This document shows, piece after piece, positions 19,311-28,592 of a stretch of 64,000 nt of DNA. The stretch's first letter is position 1. The number at the start of each line of letters is the position of its first letter. The position numbers were made by a program, and so were the translations under genes. Source of the DNA: an uncultured Porphyromonadaceae bacterium. Its GTDB lineage: Bacteria > Bacteroidota > Bacteroidia > Bacteroidales > Muribaculaceae. The DNA lies in assembly GCA_947176605.1 (NCBI GenBank), contig CAMWRH010000005.1, positions 810 to 64,809 on the forward strand, read 5' to 3'. The notes below the pieces were generated by a model. That model saw nothing but the letters and a program-made list of their open reading frames with translations, had not been told where the DNA came from and ran no database searches.

Positions 19311-20526
19311 AAAAATTCTCGATGGCGTTGAAGGCCGACAGGCGCCCCGTCTTATACCATTTGCCATCACCCTTGACGATGAGGCAGGTGAAGAAGTCGC
19401 CCTTGTTGTAGGTAAGCGACATGCGCCCCTTGATATTGAGCGAGAGCAACGCTCCGGCGCCGTCGGTGGAGTCTTCGTAGCAGCATATCACTCCGATGGA
19501 GGGCATTACGGAGATGTTGTAGAGGAAGTGGCGGTTGAGCACCCAGTTGTAGCCGTATCCCGTCAGCAGGCAATAGCTGTAGTAATGAAACCGGAGTTTC
19601 ATCTCATCGGTTGTAAGGTATGGCTTGAGTTTCTCTTCGAGCTGTTCGAAGTCGAAAGAGATGTCCTCATAAGCGTAGCTGAAGCCGAGCATGAAGGAGC
19701 CGGCGCTTTTCTTCTGGAATTTGGAGAAGTAATAGGCCGCTCCGTTGGCGTAGCGGTAATTATTGAAATAGTAGTAGAGGTCGATCGAGAGATTGGTCAT
19801 GTCGAGCCCCGGGAAGTAGGATTTGAACAGGTGGCCGCGTTTGTAGTATCCTAATGTGCGCACATAGGTGCCTCCGGCATTGCGGTTGTAGGAAAGGTCG
19901 AGGTTGAAGCGGGCGCAATTGAAGCCGAATTCAAACTTCTGGTGCTTCACGGGCTTGTTGAAGCAGAGATTGTTGAGGTCGACGCCATAGCTTATTCCCA
20001 CGGCCATGTACTGGAGATTGACCGAAGCGTTGATGTATGGTTCTGAAATCAGAGTGATGGGCATCCGGTGGTTGAGATTCATATTGTAGGAATCGGTCCA
20101 GCCGTCGAATGCGACCCGGGTCTTCCAGCGTCGGCCGGTGCCTACGACGTAGGTGGTGTCGTAGGAATTGAATACGCGGTCGGCCCAGTTGTATACGCCT
20201 ACGCAGAATTTCAGGAAGCGTGGATACTGCACCGTGGTATCCTTCATGTCGAGTTCTCCCTTTTTGATCAGGTGCAGCCAGTTGCGGTCGGTATCGGGAA
20301 GTGGGGCGGAGGGAGGCGTGGCGCTTGCCGCCGTGGCCGGGAGTGTCGGGGCTACGGCGGCAGTGTCGGGGTGTATCGGAGTGCCGCTTACGACGGCGGT
20401 GCCCCGAGGTATTCCGGAGAGCGCTATGGAGTCGGTCGTGACGCTCTGCCCCCGTCCTGAAAAGGAGAGGGTGAGCAGTAAGGATAGCAGTAGCAGACAG
20501 CGTGGCATTCTGGCACGTGTAATCAT
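19285..20526 (-). CDS. DUF4421-like outer-membrane beta-barrel protein
   Basis: Signal peptide, FNSYDTTYVVG..RRW, KFQKKSAGSF, aromatic-rich beta strands and a C-terminal Phe. Confidence 0.7.
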   Translation of the reverse strand: MITRARMPRCLLLLSLLLTLSFSGRGQSVTTDSIALSGIPRGTAVVSGTPIHPDTAAVAPTLPATAASATPPSAPLPDTDRNWLHLIKKGELDMKDTTVQYPRFLKFCVGVYNWADRVFNSYDTTYVVGTGRRWKTRVAFDGWTDSYNMNLNHRMPITLISEPYINASVNLQYMAVGISYGVDLNNLCFNKPVKHQKFEFGFNCARFNLDLSYNRNAGGTYVRTLGYYKRGHLFKSYFPGLDMTNLSIDLYYYFNNYRYANGAAYYFSKFQKKSAGSFMLGFSYAYEDISFDFEQLEEKLKPYLTTDEMKLRFHYYSYCLLTGYGYNWVLNRHFLYNISVMPSIGVICCYEDSTDGAGALLSLNIKGRMSLTYNKGDFFTCLIVKGDGKWYKTGRLSAFNAIENFSLSVGVRF

Positions 20527-20559
20527 AGGATAGAGTCGCGTAGTCGTCGGGCTAAAGGG

Positions 20560-21687
20560 CTACTGTTGCAGGCTGATGCCCAGACTGTCGAGCGCCTGCT
20601 GATAGCGTCGGGCATTGGCCATGTGGGTGGCGTAGTCGGATGCGAAGTTGTGGAATCCCGAGAAGTCTTCGCGGGCGCACATGTAGAGGTCATCGGAAGG
20701 CTTGGAGTCGAGTATCGCATCGATGGTGGCTACCGAAGTGGTGCGGATCGGGCCCGGGGGGAGTCCGTATACGCGGTATGTGTTGTATGGCCCCGGTGCC
20801 TGCAGGTTTGCTCCTGAGACGCGTTTGATGGTGAAATCTTGGAGCGCGTAGCGCACAGTGGGGTCGGCCTGCAGGCGCATGTGGGCATTGAGCCGGTTGA
20901 TGTAGAGCCGGCCGATGCGTCCTTTCTCCGAAATCTGGTTGGTCTCCTCGTCGACGATGGAGGCTATGGTCATCACCTGGGCCGGAGTGAGGCCGAGGGA
21001 GTCGGCCTTGGCGCGGCGTGTGTCATTCCATACGCGGTTGTAGTTGGCCCCCACTTTTTCTATAAGTGTGCGCGGGGAGTCGGTCCAGTACAGATAGTAG
21101 GAATCGTTGAGGAATAGCGAGGGGGCCTGCTCTGTGGTGAGGCCGTATTGCTGCATGAGTTCCGGGTCGGAGAGAGCCTGGCGGAGGTCGTCGCCCGAGA
21201 AGTCGAATTTAGCGGCTATGCGGTCGGCAAATGGCATAAACTGACGCACTCCGTTGATGGTCAGCGTAAGCTGCGTCTGTGAGCCTCTGGCCAGTATTCT
21301 GGCAGCCTTTACGGGAGATGTGCCTTCCGGAATGTCGTAGGCTCCATAGCGCTCGGCCGGGGCCTTGACGAGTTTGGTGAATGCCGTGGTGGCACGCCCG
21401 GCGAAGTCGGTGCCGAAGTATTTCGACAGAGTGTCGGTGATATTGGCCGCCGTGGCCTGGCGGGGGATCTTGATTACTGCCGCCGATGCGGTGCCGGTCA
21501 GGAAGTATGGGGCTATGATAGCGGCGCAGATGCCGCCGACGAGGAGTATCCCCAGAGCGATGTAGATCGCCGGGCGGCAACGCTTCGGTCGCCTTGGCGC
21601 ATTCTTGGCGCCGGGTATCGGGGATGAGGGGTCGGGGCAGGCCGCCGGGTGCATGGCATCTCCCCTGGTATTATCCGTGGAATTCAT
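20560..21687 (-). CDS. mltG: Endolytic transglycosylase MltG
   Basis: N-terminal TM, IASIVDEET, LQADPTV, PYNTYRVYGLPPGPI and HNFASDYATH. The true start may be the ATG at 21654. Confidence 0.92.
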   Translation of the reverse strand: MNSTDNTRGDAMHPAACPDPSSPIPGAKNAPRRPKRCRPAIYIALGILLVGGICAAIIAPYFLTGTASAAVIKIPRQATAANITDTLSKYFGTDFAGRATTAFTKLVKAPAERYGAYDIPEGTSPVKAARILARGSQTQLTLTINGVRQFMPFADRIAAKFDFSGDDLRQALSDPELMQQYGLTTEQAPSLFLNDSYYLYWTDSPRTLIEKVGANYNRVWNDTRRAKADSLGLTPAQVMTIASIVDEETNQISEKGRIGRLYINRLNAHMRLQADPTVRYALQDFTIKRVSGANLQAPGPYNTYRVYGLPPGPIRTTSVATIDAILDSKPSDDLYMCAREDFSGFHNFASDYATHMANARRYQQALDSLGISLQQ

Positions 21688-22810
21688 TGATTATATCTGA
21701 TATTGAATTTGCCTGTGTCGGATTGACGTTGGCTATCGGCAGGCTCAGCAGAGTGTCGGCCATCTGCTCCGTGATGCGGAGCGAGGGGTGGGCGAATCGC
21801 CCTTTCATGCATGGCTGCAGATGCGGAGGGACGGCGTAGTGTATGTCGGTACCGACGCCGTGGGATGCGAGATGGCTGCGGAGCTCATCGCGGCGTGGAG
21901 ACCGCACCACATACTGATGCCATACCTGGCGGGTGCCGCTTATGATGGCGGGGCGCTTTACGAATGGATTGCGTATGCGGCTGTCGTAGATGCGGGCTAT
22001 CTCGTGGCGGCGGGCGTTCTCCTCGTCGAGCAATGGGAGCTTTACGCGCAGGAATGCGGCCTGGAGCTCGTCGAGACGGTTGTTGTAGCCGGTATGGATG
22101 TTGTGGTAGCGGCGGTCGGCCCCGTAGTTGGCCAGTGCGCGGACGGTGGCCGCCAGAGCGGGGTCATGGGTCAGCACGGCTCCGCCGTCGCCTAAAGCTC
22201 CGAGGTTTTTGGTAGGGTAGAAGCTGATTGCGGCGGCATCTCCTAAGGCTCCGGTGGATTGGCTTCCGTAGAGACCGGGAGCGGAGGCTCGGGCTCCTAT
22301 GGCCTGTGCGTTGTCTTCGATCAGGAGTATTCCCCGGTCGTGGAGGCGCCGGCATACGTCGGCGTTCCAGCAGGGATTGCCGTAGAGATGCACGAGCATC
22401 ACGGCGCGGGTGGCCGGAGTGACGAAATCCTCCACTCTTGAGAAGTCGAGATTGAAGTCGACCGGAGAGGGTGGTGCCAGTACGGGGGTGAGACCGAGCT
22501 CGATGATGGGGAGTATTGAGGCGATATAGGTGTTGGCAGCCACGATTACCTCGTCGCCCTTTTCGAGACGCCCCTCTTCGATCCATGCACGGAGTATGAG
22601 GCGTATGGCATCGAGGCCGTTGCTGACTCCGATGCAGTGGGATGCGCCGCAGAATCGGGCGAGTTCCTGCTCGAAGAGTCGGGTTTCGTCGCCCCCAAGG
22701 AATCGTCCGGATTCAATCACACGCACGGCCGCCTCGATGAGGCGGCCGGAGCAGAAGGCGTTGCTTTCCTTAAGGTCGAGGAAGGGGATATGCGGATCTG
22801 AGGTCGGCAT
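21671..22810 (-). CDS. DegT/DnrJ/EryC1/StrS family sugar aminotransferase (FdtB-like)
   Basis: IPFLDL, VSNGLDA, EDNAQAIGA, SFYPTKNLGALGDGG (PLP Lys) and NNRLDELQAAFL. The likely start is MPTSDP at 22810. Confidence 0.9.
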   Translation of the reverse strand: MPTSDPHIPFLDLKESNAFCSGRLIEAAVRVIESGRFLGGDETRLFEQELARFCGASHCIGVSNGLDAIRLILRAWIEEGRLEKGDEVIVAANTYIASILPIIELGLTPVLAPPSPVDFNLDFSRVEDFVTPATRAVMLVHLYGNPCWNADVCRRLHDRGILLIEDNAQAIGARASAPGLYGSQSTGALGDAAAISFYPTKNLGALGDGGAVLTHDPALAATVRALANYGADRRYHNIHTGYNNRLDELQAAFLRVKLPLLDEENARRHEIARIYDSRIRNPFVKRPAIISGTRQVWHQYVVRSPRRDELRSHLASHGVGTDIHYAVPPHLQPCMKGRFAHPSLRITEQMADTLLSLPIANVNPTQANSISDIINEFHG

Positions 22811-22839
22811 AGTGTCGGGGTGGAGATGAGGGTGGGGAT

Positions 22840-23265
22840 TCAGGATGAGAAGTAATTCTGCTCCACATATTCCAGGAAGCTTGGGTAGTCGCGAATGTAG
22901 TCGGCTTCGTCGTAATATTCGGAGCATACCACGAGCAGCACCGTGCCGGAGGAGAAATTGTGCATGCTGTCCCAGACGCCGGGCGGTATCAGCACACCGT
23001 TATGGGCGCGGTTGAGGGTGATTATCCTTTCGTTGCGTCCGTCGGTGAGGTGGAGGTCCATCGATCCGTTGAGGCAGATGAGCACCTGCCGGTTGTGCCG
23101 GTGGGCGTGTCCGCCACGTGATGCGCCTCCCGGCACATCATAGATATAGAACACTCTTTTGATAGCGAAAGGGACGTGTACGGCTTCCTCGATGAAAGAG
23201 AGGTTGCCGCGTGGGTCGCACACTTTCGGGAATTCGAGGATTCTGACGTTGTCGAGGGGTGACAT
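22840..23265 (-). CDS. FdtA/QdtA (WxcM-like) cupin sugar 3,4-ketoisomerase
   Basis: DPRGNLSFIE, FAIKRVFYIYDVP, RGGHAH and YDEADYIRDY. Confidence 0.92.
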   Translation of the reverse strand: MSPLDNVRILEFPKVCDPRGNLSFIEEAVHVPFAIKRVFYIYDVPGGASRGGHAHRHNRQVLICLNGSMDLHLTDGRNERIITLNRAHNGVLIPPGVWDSMHNFSSGTVLLVVCSEYYDEADYIRDYPSFLEYVEQNYFSS

Positions 23266-23337
23266 CTTGCTTTAGGCGTTGCTGATGGTGTTGGGAGATG
23301 ATTGTCGGAAGAAAAAAATCTTCTTCGGCCGGATGCG

Positions 23338-23381
23338 TAAATGCCGCGGGCGGGCATGAAATGCTCTTCCCGCGGCATTTA
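23338..23381 (-). terminator. Hairpin downstream of hpf
   Basis: Perfect 13-bp stem TAAATGCCGCGGG/CCCGCGGCATTTA. Confidence 0.55.
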
Positions 23382-23403
23382 TGGTGTCGCTTATCAGGGG
23401 AGA

Positions 23404-23697
23404 TTATTTCTTCTCTTTGATTTTTTCCAGCTGGCGTTCGAGGGCTTCGATGCAGAGGTCGATGGCCTCTTCGAAGGTGTCGCATGTCTTTGAGGCGAAT
23501 ACCTCGGGGGTGGCGGGCACGTGGAGTTTGATCTGAGCCTCCTTGTTGCATGCTGATTCGGGCTTTACGACCTTGAGGGTCACTTCGGTCTCGGCGATGA
23601 AATCGAAGCGGCGGAAAAGTTTGTCGACTTTTTTATGGATGAAGCTCTCCAGGCGTTCTGAAATGTCGAAATGGACGGCGTTGATTTTAGCTACCAT
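23404..23697 (-). CDS. hpf: Ribosome hibernation promoting factor HPF/RaiA
   Basis: INAVHFDISERLESFIHKKVDKL...FEEAIDLCIEALERQLEK. Its own -7 element TATCTTTG lies at about 23749-23756 on the minus strand. Confidence 0.93.
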   Translation of the reverse strand: MVAKINAVHFDISERLESFIHKKVDKLFRRFDFIAETEVTLKVVKPESACNKEAQIKLHVPATPEVFASKTCDTFEEAIDLCIEALERQLEKIKEKK

Positions 23698-23816
23698 GGC
23701 GCATTGGGTTTTTAAGGGTTAGGATTATGGAGGAGAGTCTCTGTGATGCAAAGATAACAAAAATTTTTGATTTCCGGTTTATCCTCACTTTTTATTTTTC
23801 GGATTATGGGGTCTTT

Positions 23817-26126
23817 TTATTTTTTGTTGGAGTTGGCGCCGGTGCTTGTCTCTTCCTCGATGCGTGATGCGGTGCGTCTGACGTCGGTGCTGAGGCCTCC
23901 GAGCCGCCATGAAAGGCTGATGCCGAAGTTCCATTGGCGATAGCGCGAGGATGAGCCGGCATATGCGCTCTCTGACTGCTGGCTCCAGGAGTATGTGCGG
24001 TGGGTGGGGAAGAGGTTGCTGAGGTTGAGGTTGACGCTGAGGCGGTCGTCGGGCAGGAATGAGCGCCCGATGCCGATGGAGTAGTAGTACCAGGAGGTGC
24101 CTGTGGACTGCAGGTCGATCCAGGGGGAGCCGTATCCTCCGTAGAGGCTGAGGCGCAGGCGGCAGGGGAATGTGTAGTCGGCGTTGGCGTTGAGCGATGT
24201 GCCCCAGTGTGCGCGGCTTGCCTTGAAGAGTTCGGATTCGGCCTTGATGTTGGTGTAGGTCTCGTTGAGCCATAGGCCGAGGTTAAGGGCCTGTGTGACG
24301 CTCCAGTTGAGGCTGAGGTCAAACTGGAGGTTGTTGTACCGCCCGACGTTGGCGTATGTGGTCTGTATGACGCCGGGGAGGTCGGGGGAGGAGAAGATGA
24401 TGTCGGTCACGGAGTTGCGTGAGAAGTAGTAGGTGGCTTTCAACGAGCCGGTGAGGGGGTGGCCGTAGTTGGAGTAGGCCAGTGAGATGTTGTGGCTTTT
24501 TTCGCTGCGCAGGTCGGGGTTGCCGTATGATACGGAGCCCGGGGTGAGTGTGTTGCGGTATGGATTGAGCACACTGATGCCGGGGCGCGAGATGCGCATC
24601 TGGTAGGCGGCGCGCAGGTTCTGGGCTGTGGGCCAGCTGTAGCTTACGGAGGCGTTGGGCACCCAGTCGTTGTAGTGGTTGGAGAAGTCGGAGTATCCCT
24701 CGGGGGCGAGGCGGTAGTCGATGCCCCGGTGGGTGTATTCGTAGCGCAGGCCGGTGCGTATGTTCCATGAGCCGTAGGTGCCGGTGTAGGAGGCGTAGAG
24801 GGCGGCGATGTCGTCATACTGGTTCATGTCGACGCGGGCTGACTGGTCGGCTGTCAGTTCGTCGCGTCCGGAGCCGTAGAGGGGAGAGTAGTCGGATGAG
24901 GCGCGGCGCAGGTTGGCCTTTCCTCCGGCTTCGAGCAGATGGCGGGGGGAGATGGTATTGGTGTAGTCGATCTGGAATATGTGGGAGTCCTGGCGCGACT
25001 GGCGCTGGTTGGAGCTCCAGGCGTAATCGATGTCGGAGTAATTCACCACGTTGTCGTAGTGGATATAGGAGTCGTTGGAGTCGCCGGAGTGATTGTAGGA
25101 GTATGAGAATACGAGTGTATGGTCGGTGCGGCTGAATGTGCGCTGGTATGAGAGCATGGATGAGATGCCGTTCATGGTGTAGCGGGTGTCGTAGATGCGG
25201 TCGATGTGCCATACGGGCGAGTCGGCGATGTCGGCCATCTGCATGCGCTCGGTGGCATCGGATTTGAATCCGTTGCGCCGGCCGCTGAAGGTGACGGTGA
25301 AGAGGTTGAGTGTGTCGGGTTCCCATGAGAGGTTGAAGCTTCCTCCGAGGTAGTCGCCGGTGTTTGTGCCGGTGCCGTCGGTGGTGCGTCGGTATTGGAC
25401 GGGATCGGCGTAATTGACGGTTTCAGACGATGATGTGTAGTGATTGCCTGCGGTGATAAACTGGTTCTGATACGACAGGTCGGCGCTTGCGGTGACTTTG
25501 CCGGCCTTGGCGCGTCCGTAGAGATAAGCGCCGAGAGAGGATGAATTGCCGTATACCCCGACATTGGCCAGATACCCTTCGAGCGACTGGCGTGTCGCGG
25601 TGACGATGTTGAGTATCCCTCCGGTACCTTCGGCCTCGTATTTGGCACCGGGTTCGGAGATGACTTCGATTTTCTGTATCGTGGATGCGGGCATCGATTT
25701 GAGTATTGTCTTGATGTCGCCGCTGAGCATGGGATCTTCCTTGCCGTTGAGGAAGATTTTGAAACTTGACTGGCCGTTGACCTTGACGTTCTCTTCGGCA
25801 TCGACGGTGACTCCGGGCACTTTGCGGAGTATTTCGAGTGTGCTGTTGGTTTTTGCCTCGGGGTCTTCGCTGACGTTGTAGGTGAGTTTTGCGCCATCGT
25901 TCTGTATGAGTTTGACGCGTGCGGTGACTACTAAATCATCCAGGGTGGTGTCGTAGAGCAGTGAGTCGGATTCGGCTGCGGCATCGGGGCGTGATTCTTC
26001 GGCTGCGGGTGCTTTTGCGGCAGATGATGCGGAGGTGTCGGCGGCTGCGGACGCCGTGAGGGTTATGGCCGTGCCTAAGGTGAGGGCGGCAGGGATTATT
26101 ATTGAGTAAAGACGGGATCGGGTCAT
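23817..26126 (-). CDS. TonB-dependent receptor / outer-membrane beta-barrel family protein
   Basis: Signal peptide, TonB-box-like LDDLVVTA, plug domain (ILRKVPGVTVD...IEVISEPGAKYEAEGTGGILNIV) and GNPDLRSE. Confidence 0.9.
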   Translation of the reverse strand: MTRSRLYSIIIPAALTLGTAITLTASAAADTSASSAAKAPAAEESRPDAAAESDSLLYDTTLDDLVVTARVKLIQNDGAKLTYNVSEDPEAKTNSTLEILRKVPGVTVDAEENVKVNGQSSFKIFLNGKEDPMLSGDIKTILKSMPASTIQKIEVISEPGAKYEAEGTGGILNIVTATRQSLEGYLANVGVYGNSSSLGAYLYGRAKAGKVTASADLSYQNQFITAGNHYTSSSETVNYADPVQYRRTTDGTGTNTGDYLGGSFNLSWEPDTLNLFTVTFSGRRNGFKSDATERMQMADIADSPVWHIDRIYDTRYTMNGISSMLSYQRTFSRTDHTLVFSYSYNHSGDSNDSYIHYDNVVNYSDIDYAWSSNQRQSRQDSHIFQIDYTNTISPRHLLEAGGKANLRRASSDYSPLYGSGRDELTADQSARVDMNQYDDIAALYASYTGTYGSWNIRTGLRYEYTHRGIDYRLAPEGYSDFSNHYNDWVPNASVSYSWPTAQNLRAAYQMRISRPGISVLNPYRNTLTPGSVSYGNPDLRSEKSHNISLAYSNYGHPLTGSLKATYYFSRNSVTDIIFSSPDLPGVIQTTYANVGRYNNLQFDLSLNWSVTQALNLGLWLNETYTNIKAESELFKASRAHWGTSLNANADYTFPCRLRLSLYGGYGSPWIDLQSTGTSWYYYSIGIGRSFLPDDRLSVNLNLSNLFPTHRTYSWSQQSESAYAGSSSRYRQWNFGISLSWRLGGLSTDVRRTASRIEEETSTGANSNKK

Positions 26127-26252
26127 AGTGGAATGTATTGATGTCAGAAGATTGTTGATGATGCAAAAGTAATGTAAAATTTGATTGGATGCAAAAATTT
26201 GATAGTAAAATCTTGTTGTCGGTGTGGTTTTTGACGGACTGGAGTGTTATTT

Positions 26253-26301
26253 TGTCCGATATCGGACAGTGCGGATTATGTGGCGTCCGATATCGGACGC
26301 C
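26253..26301. promoter_or_regulatory. Two perfect palindromes sharing the core GTCCGATATCGGAC (candidate operator pair)
   Basis: TGTCCGATATCGGACA (26253-26268) and GGCGTCCGATATCGGACGCC (26282-26301), with cores 31 bp apart. Confidence 0.5.
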
Positions 26302-26433
26302 TGTCGTGACAGCGCCATGCCGCACGTATGGGCGGGCGCACCTGTATTAAGACTGGCCCTCGTGTATTAAGCCCGGGTATTGTAGTAAGGCGGGGTATTG
26401 TATTAATTGGAATGATGGGAAAGCCGTGGGATG

Positions 26434-27348
26434 TCAGTCCTTCGGATCGGAATCCTTCGGAGAGTGTGCGCGCGGGTGTGCGGCGGCGTAGGTGCGTTGC
26501 AGGTCGGAGGTCTGGAGGTGGGTGTAGATCTGGGTGGTGGCCAGTGAGGAGTGTCCGAGGATTGCGCGGACGCTGTTGAGGTCGGCTCCGCCGTTGAGCA
26601 TCGCTGTGGCGAATGTGTGGCGCAGGGTGTGCGGACTTTTGCGTCCGGCGCGCTCGTTGTGCAGCAGGCGCTTTATGATCAGTTCAAGGTTGGGAGCCGA
26701 CATGTGGCCGTGCATTGTGGCTATGATGGGGCGGGGAGCCGGGAGCTCGGGGTATGCGGCGTCGCGGACGGTCTGCCATGCGGCGATTTCTTCGGCAAGC
26801 CGGTCGGCTACGGGCACGACGCGTTCCTTGCTTCCTTTTCCGATTACGCGGAGTTCGCGTCCGGAGTGGCTGAATGAGGCGTCGGTGAGGCTGAGTATCT
26901 CGGAGCGGCGGAGCCCGGTGGCGTATAGGAGGTGGAGTATGAGGTGGTCGCGGCGCTCGGTGAGGGATGCTTCCGGCGGCAGGGGGGCGAGGATACGCTC
27001 CATGTCGGCTTCGCGCACGAAGTCGGGGAGAGGTTTGGGGAGCTTGGCGAGCACTACGTCGGCCGCCGGGTTGGCGGAGAGGATGTGGCGTCGGCAGAGG
27101 AACCGGAAGAATGCCCGCAGGCTCTGGGTCTTGCGTCGGAGTGATGCCGGGGCGTCGCCGGCATCGGCGAGGCGTGCGAGCCATCGGCGCACATCCTGGG
27201 TTGTGACTTCGGCGGGGATGAATTCGGCCGAGGGGTCGGCGCAGAAGAATGCGATGAATTGCCGCAGGTCGCGTTCGTAGGCGGCTACGGTGTGGGGTGA
27301 GCGGTAAAGCTCGTAGCGCAGGTAGCTTAGGAAGTCGTCGATTGGCAT
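26434..27348 (-). CDS. xerC: Tyrosine recombinase XerC-like
   Basis: N-terminal SAM-like domain (TVAAYERDL), LYATGLRRSE, GKGSKER, SPHTLRHTFAT and ILGHSSLATTQIY; located downstream of rpsU. Confidence 0.85.
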   Translation of the reverse strand: MPIDDFLSYLRYELYRSPHTVAAYERDLRQFIAFFCADPSAEFIPAEVTTQDVRRWLARLADAGDAPASLRRKTQSLRAFFRFLCRRHILSANPAADVVLAKLPKPLPDFVREADMERILAPLPPEASLTERRDHLILHLLYATGLRRSEILSLTDASFSHSGRELRVIGKGSKERVVPVADRLAEEIAAWQTVRDAAYPELPAPRPIIATMHGHMSAPNLELIIKRLLHNERAGRKSPHTLRHTFATAMLNGGADLNSVRAILGHSSLATTQIYTHLQTSDLQRTYAAAHPRAHSPKDSDPKD

Positions 27349-27510
27349 GGCTCTGGTGTGGATGGGATGTAGCGGGCCGTAGCGGAGGCAATGCGGGGAG
27401 GGATGGAATGAGAATAAAAATCGGCATGGGGAATCCGGAGATTGCCCACACCGACCTTTATGGCTTTGAGAAAAATTTCAGTTCGCGCCGAGATGGCGAT
27501 ATCCGCCGGA

Positions 27511-27705
27511 TTACTGCTCGGCCTCCTGACGCAGCTGCTGTACGTATACAGCCTTCATCATTTTCTTACGGTTGGCCACGCTGGGCTTCTCGAAAGCCTG
27601 ACGGCTGCGGAGTTCCTTTACAATACCGGTTCTTTCAAATTTGCGTTTGAATTTCTTGAGAGCTCTCTCAATGTTTTCGCCTTCTTTAACTTGTACGATT
27701 ATCAT
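27511..27705 (-). CDS. rpsU: 30S ribosomal protein S21
   Basis: MIIVQVKEGENIERALKKFKRKFERTG...FEKPS. Confidence 0.97.
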   Translation of the reverse strand: MIIVQVKEGENIERALKKFKRKFERTGIVKELRSRQAFEKPSVANRKKMMKAVYVQQLRQEAEQ

Positions 27706-27865
27706 TTTTCCTGTTTAATTGATTTGCTGGTTTGGGTGCATTGTGCGTGCGGGTATGGTCCGGGTACACAACGCGAGTGCAAAATTATGCAATTCAATTG
27801 TTTTGACAAAATTTTTCGGGGAAAAAATCATCTTCGGGAGTGATTTTTAGCCTTTTTCATGTGAG

Positions 27866-27897
27866 AATCCCCCTCCGAAGAGTGCCGGAGGGGGATT
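27866..27897. terminator. Hairpin downstream of the gamma-CA gene
   Basis: AATCCCCCTCCG/CGGAGGGGGATT 12-bp stem. Confidence 0.55.
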
Positions 27898-27958
27898 TAG
27901 GGTATTGATGTGGCCGTTGTCCGAGCCGGAGTGTCGGCCGATGCGTCGGGGCGAAGTG

Positions 27959-28549
27959 TCAGTCGGGATTGTCGGCGTTGAGGAGGCGCTCTTCAACCGA
28001 GGGTACGTCCTGGCGCATCGCGGCCTGTTGGGCCGGGTCGGTGTACCAGCGGGAGTACATCAGGTAGTTCTTGGCGATCTTGACGTTCATCTCCTTGGCC
28101 TTTTCGGGCTCTACCATCTTGATGAATTTGGCGGGGCATCCTCCCCAGAGCTCGTGCGGGCCGATTTTGGTGCGGCTCAGCACTACGGATCCGGCAGCCA
28201 CCAGGGCACCTTCGCCTACTTCGGCGTCGTCCATCACGATGGCTCCCATGCCGATGAGCGCGTAGTCATGGATTTTGGCTCCGTGTATCACCACGTTGTG
28301 GCCGATGGAGACATCGTTGCCGATTTCGATGGTGGATTTCTGGTAGAGCGTATGCAGCACGCTGCCGTCCTGGATGTTGACGCGGTCGCCGATGGTGATG
28401 GTGTTGACATCGCCCCGGAGCACGGTGGAGAACCATACCGAGCAGTCGCGTCCCATCGTGACGTCGCCCACCACTACGGCGTTTTCGGCCAGGAAAGTGC
28501 CTTCGCCGATGATCGGGGTGAATCCCCGCACTGATTGTATGATAGCCAT
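27959..28549 (-). CDS. Gamma carbonic anhydrase family (hexapeptide-repeat) protein
   Basis: VLRGDVNTITIGDRVNIQDGSVLH...IGHNVVIHG with the metal-binding histidines. Confidence 0.93.
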   Translation of the reverse strand: MAIIQSVRGFTPIIGEGTFLAENAVVVGDVTMGRDCSVWFSTVLRGDVNTITIGDRVNIQDGSVLHTLYQKSTIEIGNDVSIGHNVVIHGAKIHDYALIGMGAIVMDDAEVGEGALVAAGSVVLSRTKIGPHELWGGCPAKFIKMVEPEKAKEMNVKIAKNYLMYSRWYTDPAQQAAMRQDVPSVEERLLNADNPD

Positions 28550-28592
28550 ATGATATATGCTGTCTGTGAGTCTTTTTTTCTGTGATCTGTGT

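Noticed and set aside
26434-27348. Tyrosine recombinase as the integrase of a mobile element
   Set aside because: It is XerC-like in size and motifs, sits in its usual position after rpsU, and has no att-type repeats, tRNA target or mobility cargo. No dif-like site was recognised.
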